A stretch of DNA of 32,000 bases from Mycolicibacterium smegmatis. Lineage in GTDB: Bacteria; Actinomycetota; Actinomycetes; Mycobacteriales; Mycobacteriaceae. Under the pieces are notes generated by a model that saw nothing but the letters and a program-made list of their open reading frames with translations, searched no databases and was not told the origin of the DNA. Within the stretch, counting starts at the first letter, position 1. Each line of letters starts with the position of its first letter. The position numbers and the translations under genes were made by a program. Of this stretch, positions 18,341-29,485 are shown piece by piece. The stretch is from NCBI RefSeq assembly GCF_001457595.1, contig NZ_LN831039.1:3930001-3962000 (forward strand), given 5' to 3'.

Positions 18341-19528
18341 TCAGCGGGCACCGTCGACCGCGAAGGTCGCCAGCGACGCCCAGTACAGCGGGCTCGCGGT
18401 CACCTCACCCTCGCGCCAGCGGCGCATCTGCGCGCGCTGCCACTGGTTCACCGCGATACCTGCCTGTTCCTGGTTGTGGGCGAGGTCGACCCCGATCACG
18501 GTGTCGGCCATGGGATCGGCGTCGTCGGCGGTGAACGTGCGATAGCCGGCGCTGGTGGGCAACGGCCACAACGTGGCGGTGACCAGTTGCGCGCCACCGA
18601 GCACCATGGCCGCCACCAGACCCGTGGCCTCGTCGAACCGGTAGTCACCGCCGGATGCGCAGGCCAGCAGCGCCACTCGTGGCGGTACCGCAAGTGCCTG
18701 TGCGATGACGTCGGCCGCGCTCAGCGGTTCCGGTTCGGCGAGGTGCAGCGCGGCGCGGTCGGCGGTGTCGCCCTCGGCGGCGCTCGCGTGCCCGACGTAA
18801 AGCATGCGCGACGGTTCGTGTTCGCAGGCCCGTGCCAGCCAGCCGCGGTCGGCGTCGGGCCTGCGGAAGAGGTCGACCGGTCCATCGACCCGCGGCAGGA
18901 CCTGCCGCTGCGCCACCGCAGTGGCGAAGTGACGCGACAGCGGTGTGCCGGGTGTGGGCCTGCCGAGGACCGATCCGAGCGCGGAATCGGGGCGCTGCCC
19001 GGGGATTCGGGGGTCCAGCACCAGCAGCGCCGGGTTGTCGCGACGCGTGGTCCAGCTCACCGACCGGCGTGGCGCGTGGACGATGTTGGGCGGCACGGCC
19101 ATCAGTACGTCGACGAGTTCCATGAGCCGGAACTTGTGCAGCCCGGGCATCGCGAGTTGACCCCATGGCACGCGTGCCAGCTTGGGGCTCGGTGTGACGA
19201 ACAGCGTGGCCCGCGGCGCGGACACGCAGTCGATCAACAGATTCCAGGCCGGTTTGGGGATCAGGTGCGAGCCGAGTTCCTTCGCGAACTTGAGTTCCCG
19301 TTTTGGGTCGGCGAACGGTCCTGCGGTCAAGGATCTTTCGACGGCAGCAGCGACGGTTTCGCCACCGCGGGGGTCGGGCAGCGCGTCGTCGAGCGCGCTG
19401 TAGACGGCGGGCAGAGCAGGTTCTTCGAGCACCCATTTGAGCGTGCGTGCCGGCTCCCCCACCACCCGCAGGGTCGCGTAGGTCGCGACGCCCACGTCAG
19501 CGAATCGCAGTACCAGTGTCGCGGTCAC
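18341..19528 (-). CDS. CHAT domain (caspase-like, peptidase C80/C25-related fold) protein
   Basis: 'SRMLYVGHASAAEG...ALHLAEPEPLSAADVIAQALAVPPRVALLACASGGDYRFDEATGLVAAMVLGGAQLVTATLWPLP' matches CHAT His and Cys blocks. Start is GTG 19528 (GTGA overlap with upstream stop) or ATG 19543. Confidence 0.85.
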   Translation of the reverse strand: MTATLVLRFADVGVATYATLRVVGEPARTLKWVLEEPALPAVYSALDDALPDPRGGETVAAAVERSLTAGPFADPKRELKFAKELGSHLIPKPAWNLLIDCVSAPRATLFVTPSPKLARVPWGQLAMPGLHKFRLMELVDVLMAVPPNIVHAPRRSVSWTTRRDNPALLVLDPRIPGQRPDSALGSVLGRPTPGTPLSRHFATAVAQRQVLPRVDGPVDLFRRPDADRGWLARACEHEPSRMLYVGHASAAEGDTADRAALHLAEPEPLSAADVIAQALAVPPRVALLACASGGDYRFDEATGLVAAMVLGGAQLVTATLWPLPTSAGYRTFTADDADPMADTVIGVDLAHNQEQAGIAVNQWQRAQMRRWREGEVTASPLYWASLATFAVDGAR

Positions 19529-21246
19529 GGCCAGGTCGCCCATTCGGGCTCAGCCGAGGTGATTTCACGGCCGTAGCGCTGCCAAGCCAGTTCGCGGTAG
19601 CGGCTCAGGATCGGACCCGTCTGCGGATCCATCCGCAGTGGAGGCAACGGGCCGAGACGCGTGAGTCCACCCGATCCCGGGGTGCCCGCGTTCGCCGCGA
19701 CCGCCGGCGCGAGTTCGGCCTCCACCGGGACCGGTGCCGTGGCCGTCGCGGCCCAGTCACCCGCCGTCTGACCGATCGGCTCGGCGCTGAAGGTGCCCCG
19801 CGCGCTGTGGTATTCGACCAGCTCACTGATCAGCTCGGTGTTGTCCCATTCCCACGCCACCGCGAACGCTCCGGCCAGCATCGGCGCCGAGACCCAACTG
19901 GCCCAGCGCATCCGGGCGCCCGCATCGTCGATGGTGTAGCGCACCGAGTCGACCGCGAGCGCGGCGGGCACCTTGAGTTCGGCGGCCTGTTCGAGTTTCG
20001 CGGTGCCCCGAAGCCACTTCCGGCTGCCCGGACGGCACCGGAAAACCCCTTTACCGGATCTGTGTGTGGCCTCGACCTGTTGCCAGGTCTGCTCCGGTGT
20101 GCCGAGGCCGTCGAAGCCCATCTCGGCCAGGGCCTCGGCGCGCAGGATGTTGCCCAGGTGGTCGTCGAGGCGTGCGTACTGCAGCCAGCTGTGCCGCGGT
20201 GAGGAATCCAGGAGTTCTCGCGCCTCGGCGACCAGTTGTGTGGCCTCGTCGAACGCGCCACGGAAGATCGACAACCAGCTGCGCTGCAACAGGATCCGGT
20301 GGATGTACAGAGGCTTCCCGAGCTCGCGCCAGTGCCGCTCGGCGTGCTCCCAGCAGGTGTTCGCCTCCTGCAGCCTGCCGATTCCCAACCGGATCAGGCC
20401 GAAGTACAGCCAGCTCCGGGACACGTCGTGCGCGCGGGCGTGGTCGGCGATCACCGGGTACGCCTCGGTGACGAGGTCCTGGGTCTCGGCGTACTGTCCC
20501 GCAGTCCAGCATGCCGCGGCGCGTTCCAACTGGGTGCGGGCCCGCGGCAACGCCCACCCGCGGGCGTCGGCTCGCGCGCCGGCCCGCCGCAGCCACGGTT
20601 GCGCTTCCTCCAGCCGCCCGGATTCGGCGCAGAACCGGCCGTAACCCAGCGCCCCCGCGATGAACAGGTGATCGTCCTCTGGATCGCCGCCCCCTGAGCG
20701 TGTCACTGATTCGAGGACTGCGTCCCACAGCGGCGCCGAGCGTGCGTACAGGTCGTCGTCACACAGGCCCGTGGCGACGAGGATGCGCGCGTGGATGCCG
20801 AGGCGCCGGTGCTCGGCGTCGAGATCCTCGGGGCCCACCGAATCGATCAGGGTGTCGAGGTGTTCGGCGGCGCGGTCATGGTCACCCCGCGCGGCGGCAA
20901 GACCTGCGGCGAGGAACTCGGCGCGACGGGTGTACCGGCAGATCATGTGGTCGACGTCGGCGTCGGACATGCGCACCTGGGCGGCGGCCTCGGGCATGCG
21001 GCCCGCGCGGATCGCGGTGTAGATGCCCAGGCAGTCCCCGATGCGCCGAATGCATTCGCCGACACCGTCGTAGGCGCTGCGCACCAGATAGATCTCGCCC
21101 AGCAGGGCGAAGACCTCGAGGGCGTAGTCGTCGCGATCGGCCTGCTCGATGCGCGGCATCAGGCTCACCAGGAGATCACGCGCCTGGTCTTCGTCGGCCG
21201 ACAACATGAGGTGACGCGCGCGCTCCAACTCCCCCGCGATGGTCAC
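19525..21246 (-). CDS. TPR-like repeat protein
   Basis: 573 aa, helical-repeat composition: 'AEFLAAGLAAARGDHDRAAEHLDTLID', 'GYGRFCAESGRLEEAQPWLRRAGARADARGW', 'GLIRLGIGRLQEANTCWEHAERHWRELG', 'LSIFRGAFDEATQLVAEARELLD'. GTG start with -10 TATGAT 6 nt upstream. Confidence 0.8.
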   Translation of the reverse strand: MTIAGELERARHLMLSADEDQARDLLVSLMPRIEQADRDDYALEVFALLGEIYLVRSAYDGVGECIRRIGDCLGIYTAIRAGRMPEAAAQVRMSDADVDHMICRYTRRAEFLAAGLAAARGDHDRAAEHLDTLIDSVGPEDLDAEHRRLGIHARILVATGLCDDDLYARSAPLWDAVLESVTRSGGGDPEDDHLFIAGALGYGRFCAESGRLEEAQPWLRRAGARADARGWALPRARTQLERAAACWTAGQYAETQDLVTEAYPVIADHARAHDVSRSWLYFGLIRLGIGRLQEANTCWEHAERHWRELGKPLYIHRILLQRSWLSIFRGAFDEATQLVAEARELLDSSPRHSWLQYARLDDHLGNILRAEALAEMGFDGLGTPEQTWQQVEATHRSGKGVFRCRPGSRKWLRGTAKLEQAAELKVPAALAVDSVRYTIDDAGARMRWASWVSAPMLAGAFAVAWEWDNTELISELVEYHSARGTFSAEPIGQTAGDWAATATAPVPVEAELAPAVAANAGTPGSGGLTRLGPLPPLRMDPQTGPILSRYRELAWQRYGREITSAEPEWATWP

Positions 21247-21263
21247 GTTCGCATCATATGGAA

Positions 21264-21301
21264 GCGGCGGGCGTGCCGGAGGTCTGAGGCACGCCCGCCG
21301 C
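21264..21301 (-). terminator. Strong hairpin downstream of the lipoprotein gene
   Basis: GCGGCGGGCGTGCC-N10-GGCACGCCCGCCGC, perfect 14-bp stem; no T-tract. Confidence 0.6.
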
Positions 21302-21311
21302 CCGGGAGGGA

Positions 21312-21788
21312 TCAGCTGCAGCTCACCGTGATGGTGAACGGCTTGCTGATCATCCCGGCCATCGGGTTCTGCATGTCGGCGCCGGCGGCCTCGCCCGTGA
21401 TCGTATAGGTGTCGCCGTCGACCTCGACCTTGGCCGAACCGACCTTGACGCCCATGTTCTCGCTGACGGCGAGCGCGCTGCCGTCGTAGACCAGACCCAG
21501 TGATTCGACCTTCGGGCTGGCCTCGTCGGTCATCACCACACCGAGGCCCTGTTGCCCGCCGATCGCGGCACTGCCCACGTTGATCCGCCCGCCCTCCTTG
21601 ACGCAGGTCACCGAGTTCAGGTCCAGACCGGGAAGGTCCTTGCCGTCGACCTTGACCTGGGTGTTCCCGCCCGTCTTCACGTCGGCGGCGGCCGGGCTGG
21701 GTGTGGCCTGCGGTTTGTCGTCCGAGCAGCCGACCAGGATGGTGCCGGCCGCGAGCAGTCCCATGGTTCCTGCGATGACACGATTCAT
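21312..21788 (-). CDS. LpqH / 19-kDa antigen family lipoprotein
   Basis: MNRVIAGTMGLLAAGTILVGCSDDK: signal peptide plus lipobox LVGC; 'VKVDGKDLPGLDLNSVTCVKEGGRINVGSA...KPFTITVSCS' typical of the family. Confidence 0.88.
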   Translation of the reverse strand: MNRVIAGTMGLLAAGTILVGCSDDKPQATPSPAAADVKTGGNTQVKVDGKDLPGLDLNSVTCVKEGGRINVGSAAIGGQQGLGVVMTDEASPKVESLGLVYDGSALAVSENMGVKVGSAKVEVDGDTYTITGEAAGADMQNPMAGMISKPFTITVSCS

Positions 21789-21920
21789 GTTCGTCCCCTT
21801 ACCTTGCGCGTCGCCCCGATGGCTCCGTCGTGTCCTCAGTCAAAGGCGCGCAGGTCGCTACCGATCCCAAGAAGTGCGGGTCAGCGCAGGTCGGGGCGGT
21901 TCACAGGTACGGTGGGGCTC

Positions 21921-22175
21921 ATGACCGATCAGCCCGATCCCGGACCCGCACCACAGCCGGAGGAGACCGGATACACCGAGGGTGGTGTGCCGACGTTCGA
22001 CGCGGTGCGGGAGAAGATCGAGACCCGGTACGGCACCGCGATCGGCTCGTCCGAGCTTGCCGGCGAGACCCCGGAGGGCAGGCGGGTCGAGGAGCAGTAC
22101 GAGGAACGCCAACGCGCGGCCGCCGAACGCCTCGAGCAGATCCGCAAATCGATGCGCGAGGACGAGAAGTCCTGA
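21921..22175 (+). CDS. Small conserved hypothetical protein
   Basis: 84 aa MTDQPDPGPAPQPEETGYTEGGVPTFDAVREKIETRYGTAIGSSELAGETPEGRRVEEQYEERQRAAAERLEQIRKSMREDEKS; possible leaderless start after TACGGT. Confidence 0.75.
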   Translation: MTDQPDPGPAPQPEETGYTEGGVPTFDAVREKIETRYGTAIGSSELAGETPEGRRVEEQYEERQRAAAERLEQIRKSMREDEKS

Positions 22176-22178
22176 GCG

Positions 22179-23363
22179 ATGCGCGTTTTCACGATCGCGG
22201 AGCGACGGACACGGCTTGCGCGACGCCACTTCCTGAGCCCTGAGAACCCCGCCGCGTCACCCGCCGCCGCCGCGCGCAGCTTCGTCGGACTGCACGCGAC
22301 CGACCCGGCGACACCGTATCTCTCGCTGTGGGCACGCCTTCGGAGGTTCACCGTCGCCGATCTGGACACCGAACTGTACGAGCGGCGTACCGTGGTCAAG
22401 CACCTCGCGATGCGCCGCACACTGTGGCTGGTCGGCGTCGAGGATCTGCCGTTCATCCAGTCCGCGGCCAGTGACCGGGTGGCGGCCAACGAACTGCGCA
22501 AACTGGCCGCGGATGCGCACAACGCCGGGTTGGAACCCGACGGGGAGACCTGGGTCAAGGTGGCACGCGCGGCGGTGCTGCGCCATCTGGAGAAACACGG
22601 CCCCACCGGCGCCCGGGAGTTGCGGGAAGCTCTGCCGGAACTCGCCGGAAGCCACGACCCCGCACCGGGTAAGAGCTATGGCGGCGAGACACCGTTGGCG
22701 CCAAGGGTTCTGACAGTTCTCGGCGTGCACGGTGAGATCATGAGGGGCCCGAACGAGGGTTCGTGGACGGTGTCACGGCCGCGCTGGGCGGCCACGGCCG
22801 ACTGGCTCGGCGCGCCGTACGTGCCCGCGCCCGCCGATGAAGCCCGCGCCGAACTGGTGCGCCGCTGGCTCGCGACATTCGGGCCCGCGACCGTCACCGA
22901 CGTGAAGTGGTGGTTCGGTCACACCCTGACCTGGGCGCGCCACGCGCTGCGCGACATCGGTGCCGTGGAGGTCGAACTCGAAGGCTGCGACGCGCCCGGC
23001 TACGTCCTGCCCGACGACCTCGATCCCGAGCCGGAACCGCAGCCGTGGGTCGCGCTGCTCCCGGGCCTCGACGTCACGACCATGGGTTGGTTCGACCGCG
23101 ACTGGTACCTCGACGGTCTCCGGGATCAGGTGTTCGACCGCAACGGCAACGCCGGGCCCACCGTGTGGTGCGACGGGCGTGTCGTGGGCGCCTGGGCACA
23201 CGACGCCGACGGGCGCGTCGACGTGCGACTGTGCACCGATATCGGCCGCGCTGCACGGAAGCTGCTGCAGCGCAAGGCCGATGACCTCACCGAGTGGCTC
23301 AACGGCACTCGCGTCAAACCGCGCTTCCCCTCACCGCTGTCGAAAGGCCAGTTCACAGGCTGA
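22179..23363 (+). CDS. Winged-helix DNA-binding domain-containing protein (HTH_42 / AlkZ-like)
   Basis: 394 aa; 'SFVGLHATDPATPYLSLWARLRRFTVADLDTELYERRTVVKHLAMRRTLWLV' and 'LPGLDVTTMGWFDRDWYL...VFDRNGNAGPTVWCDGRVVGAWA'. Confidence 0.87.
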   Translation: MRVFTIAERRTRLARRHFLSPENPAASPAAAARSFVGLHATDPATPYLSLWARLRRFTVADLDTELYERRTVVKHLAMRRTLWLVGVEDLPFIQSAASDRVAANELRKLAADAHNAGLEPDGETWVKVARAAVLRHLEKHGPTGARELREALPELAGSHDPAPGKSYGGETPLAPRVLTVLGVHGEIMRGPNEGSWTVSRPRWAATADWLGAPYVPAPADEARAELVRRWLATFGPATVTDVKWWFGHTLTWARHALRDIGAVEVELEGCDAPGYVLPDDLDPEPEPQPWVALLPGLDVTTMGWFDRDWYLDGLRDQVFDRNGNAGPTVWCDGRVVGAWAHDADGRVDVRLCTDIGRAARKLLQRKADDLTEWLNGTRVKPRFPSPLSKGQFTG

Positions 23364-24066
23364 GCGTGACCGGCGGGCCGGCCAGAGCAGCTTTCGCGTC
23401 CACGCTCATCCGATCGATGATCTCGACCTCACCGGCTTCGAGCCCGTCGAGGGCCATCCGGGCGAGGTCGGCGGGTTCGTTCATGTGTTCCTCGGGCAGT
23501 TCGATCCCGTTGCCGCGGGCGAACTCGAGCAGCGTGTCGGTGCGGATCAGCCCGGGTACCAGAGCGGCGACGTGGGTGCCCTGGCGCGCGAGTTCCACGC
23601 GAACACCGTTGGTCAACCCCCATTCCGCGGATTTCGCGGCGGCATAGGACGTGTTGCCGTCGACGGTTCTCCACGCCGCAACGGACAGCACGTTGAGAAT
23701 GGCTCCCCCGCCGTTGCGGGCCAGGATCGGCGCGAACGCGCGGATCATGGCCAGCGTGCCGTAGTAGTTCGAATCCATCGTCGCCCGGATCTTGGCGAGG
23801 TCACCCGTGACGAGGTTGCCGCCGTCGGTGAATGCCGCGTTGTTGATCAGCACGTCGACGTCATCGGCCGCCGCGGCGGCGGCTTCGACGGACCACTGAT
23901 CGGTGATGTCGAGCCGCAGCACGTGCGCACCCGGGACATCGACGAGTTCAGGGCGCCGCGCGGTGGCGTACACCTTGGCACCGCGGCGGATCAGTTCGAC
24001 CGCGAGGTGGTGCCCGAGGCCCCGGTTGGCACCCGTGACGAGTGCGGTGGCGCCGTGCAGTTTCAT
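23353..24066 (-). CDS. Short-chain dehydrogenase/reductase
   Basis: 'ALVTGANRGLGHHLAVELIRRGAKVYATAR' (TGxxxGxG), 'NNAA', and catalytic 'SYAAAKSAEWGLTNGVRVEL'. Confidence 0.93.
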   Translation of the reverse strand: MKLHGATALVTGANRGLGHHLAVELIRRGAKVYATARRPELVDVPGAHVLRLDITDQWSVEAAAAAADDVDVLINNAAFTDGGNLVTGDLAKIRATMDSNYYGTLAMIRAFAPILARNGGGAILNVLSVAAWRTVDGNTSYAAAKSAEWGLTNGVRVELARQGTHVAALVPGLIRTDTLLEFARGNGIELPEEHMNEPADLARMALDGLEAGEVEIIDRMSVDAKAALAGPPVTLSL

Positions 24067-24221
24067 GATCTCCCCTTCGAAGCCGACGAAGATGACCGAG
24101 TGGTTGTGGCAGCGCTACCTCGGAATCCTGTTCGACGGCTTGAGGCCCGAGGGTGCCCATCCGTTGCCGCAACCGCCGCCGCGGTTGACCTGAACCTTGG
24201 TTGCGGTCCTACGGTGGCCGC

Positions 24222-25021
24222 ATGGTTCACATCGACCTCGGCACCTTCGGACTCACCGTCACCCCCGGCACCCCGGGGGCTGAAGAGATCGAAGCCCTCG
24301 GCTTCGGCGCTCTGTGGGTCAACGGCGGGCAACTCGACCGGTTGGAACGCCTCACGGATCTGCTGGCGACGACGCGGCGGGCCGCCGTCGCGCCGGCGAT
24401 CATCCCGCCCGATGTCTACGGGCCCGACGCCGTCGTCGACCTCTTCGGCCGCGCGGAGGTTGCCGCGCCCGGGCGGCTCATGATCGGACTCGGTTCGTCG
24501 TCACAGCCCCGTCCGAGGGCCGCACTGGGCGCCTACGTCGACGAACTCGGCGCAATCCCCCGCGAGCGTCGCCTGCTGGCCGCGTTCGGTCCACGCATGC
24601 TCGACACCGCCCGCGACCGTTTCGGCGGTGCGATGCCAGGGATGGTGACACCGGAGTACACAGCAATCGCGCGCGAACGCCTCGGCCCCGACCGGCTTCT
24701 CGTCGTCGGTCTGTATGCGGTTCTGGACACCGACGCGGACGCGGCCCGGGAGACGGCACGGGTGCCGCTTCGGTTCCTGATGGGCATGCGCAGCTACGTG
24801 AACTCGGCGCTGCGCCAAGGCTTCTCTGAAACCGACATCGCGACGGTCAGCGATGACCTGGTGGATCGACTGGTCGCTTGGGGCAGCGCCGACGACATCG
24901 CGAAACAGGCCCGACGGCACCGGGAGGCCGGCGCGGACCATGTCTATCTCAGTGTGCTGCACAACGATACGCAGCCGAGCGGTGTCGCGGCTGCCCGGCT
25001 CCTGGCCCCGGTGTTGTTCGG

Positions 25022-25025
<4 letters not shown>
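24222..25025 (+). CDS. LLM-class F420-dependent oxidoreductase
   Basis: '[65 protein letters not shown]...[14 protein letters not shown]', luciferase-like. ATG 24222. Confidence 0.87.
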
Positions 25026-27916
<2,891 letters not shown>

Positions 27917-27995
27917 CGGTTTCCTTCCTGGTCGGCGAGGGTCCAGACATGCGGTCCGGACATGCTCTGTACCCCGCATGACGCAGTTCATGCCC

Positions 27996-28018
27996 ATGCT
28001 ATGCGCCACCACCGACAA
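27996..28018 (-). promoter_or_regulatory. RecA-NDp / PafBC-type DNA-damage promoter of uvrA
   Basis: Minus strand TTGTCGGTG-N8-TAGCAT, an exact match to the consensus TTGTCRGTG-N8-TANNNT. Confidence 0.75.
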
Positions 28019-28036
28019 GCCCGATACGGTGGCGCT

Positions 28037-28741
28037 ATGACCCCATCTGAGACGCCATCCAGCATCACGGTCGACGACACCTACACCGGACACGTCGAGC
28101 CAGGAACCGCAGCGCGGCGCACCCTCGCCGACGCCACGATCGTCAAGGCGTCGGTGGGTCCCATGGACAACAACTGCTACCTGGTGACCTGCAGATCTAC
28201 CGGCGAGACGCTGCTGATCGACGCGGCCAACGACGCCGAGGTGATCATCGGACTCGTCGAGCAGCACGCGCCGAAGGTGTCACTGATCGTCACCACCCAT
28301 CAACATCAGGACCACTGGCTCGCGCTGCAGGCCGTGACAGAAGCCACAGGAGCCCCGACCGCCGCGCATGCGCTCGACGCCGGCGCGTTGCCCGTCAAGC
28401 CGGACCGGATCCTGTCCGACGGCGACAAGATCACCGTCGGCAACCTCACTTTCGACGCCATCCACCTACAGGGCCACACGCCCGGTTCGGTGGCACTGGC
28501 CCTCGCGGGTGCCGATGGCGCCGACGGGCCCACGCACCTGTTCACCGGCGACTGCCTGTTCCCGGGCGGCGTCGGCAAGACGTGGAAGCCGGGCGACTTC
28601 GAGACGCTGCTGGGCGACGTCACCACCAAGGTGTTCGACGTCTACGACGACCGCACGGTCGTCTACCCCGGGCACGGTGACGACACCACTCTCGGCGCGG
28701 AGCGTCCGAGCCTGGCCGAGTGGCGTGAACGGGGCTGGTGA
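28037..28741 (+). CDS. Metallo-beta-lactamase fold hydrolase (glyoxalase II-like)
   Basis: '[24 protein letters not shown]...[19 protein letters not shown]...[13 protein letters not shown]...[16 protein letters not shown]...[15 protein letters not shown]'. Confidence 0.92.
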   Translation: MTPSETPSSITVDDTYTGHVEPGTAARRTLADATIVKASVGPMDNNCYLVTCRSTGETLLIDAANDAEVIIGLVEQHAPKVSLIVTTHQHQDHWLALQAVTEATGAPTAAHALDAGALPVKPDRILSDGDKITVGNLTFDAIHLQGHTPGSVALALAGADGADGPTHLFTGDCLFPGGVGKTWKPGDFETLLGDVTTKVFDVYDDRTVVYPGHGDDTTLGAERPSLAEWRERGW

Positions 28742-28744
28742 GCC

Positions 28745-29188
28745 CTAGCTGGTGTGGACGATGAGCACGTCGGTCTTGGACCGGCGTGCCACGTTCGCGG
28801 GCACCGAGCCGAGCAGCCGGCCGGCGATGGTGCTCAGGCCGACGTTGCCGACGACCAGCAGATCGGCCTTGACCTCGTCGGCGAGCTCGACGAGCGCGTC
28901 GACCGGGGCGCCGACGACGGGGCGCTCCTCGATGTCGGTCGCACCGGCGGCCTTGGCGCGGTCGTTGGCCTCACGCAGAATGGCGTAGATCGGGGCGTTG
29001 CCTGCCATCTTGTAGCCCTCGTCCTTGAGGACGTCGGCCGCACGCGAGTCCTCGCTCTGGGGGAAGTAGGCGGTGGCGATGATCAACTTCGCGTTCGATG
29101 CGGCGGCAATCTGACCGGCGCGGTCCACGGCACGCAACGACGAATCGGATCCGTCCGTGCCGACCACCACGGTTTGATATGCGCTCAT
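28745..29188 (-). CDS. Universal stress protein family (UspA)
   Basis: MSAYQTVVVGTDGSDSSLRAVDRAGQIAAASNAKLIIATAY...ADLLVVGNVGLSTIAGRLLGSVPANVARRSKTDVLIVHTS (ATP-binding G-2X-G-9X-G motif). Confidence 0.95.
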   Translation of the reverse strand: MSAYQTVVVGTDGSDSSLRAVDRAGQIAAASNAKLIIATAYFPQSEDSRAADVLKDEGYKMAGNAPIYAILREANDRAKAAGATDIEERPVVGAPVDALVELADEVKADLLVVGNVGLSTIAGRLLGSVPANVARRSKTDVLIVHTS

Positions 29189-29485
29189 CCATACCCTCCC
29201 ACTGTCAGTTGCAACGCCACCCGAGACAGTAACCGGTGCCGGCTGCGATGGGGCGCGAATCACGACACCCGCACGCACAGCAGGCAAACCGCACACGGTT
29301 GATGCCACGTGACGCCTGTTGGCCCTGATGTTAACCACAGGAAGCGCGAATCGGGGCGCACCGTGACGCAGGTGACGCTGCCAGCCGCGAAGTTGCCGGG
29401 TTCCCGACGCCGGTGCGCGAGTGATCGAGCTCATCGAGACCGCGCCCGTGTTGTAATGCGGCTCACACGATTTCGCGCTACTTCC

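Noticed and set aside
18320-19576. 418-aa + strand ORF opposite the CHAT gene
   Set aside because: Composition typical of antisense translation; the minus strand has clear CHAT motifs and coupling to the TPR gene.
15415-21311. Craspase/type III-E CRISPR interpretation of the TPR-CHAT pair
   Set aside because: No repeat-spacer array, Cas7-11-like effector or Cas1/2 in the window. Only the TPR+CHAT logic is shared.
27917-27995. LexA SOS box (TCGAAC-N4-GTTCGA) upstream of uvrA
   Set aside because: Looked for it and found no good match; only direct GACATGC repeats and the RecA-NDp motif are present.
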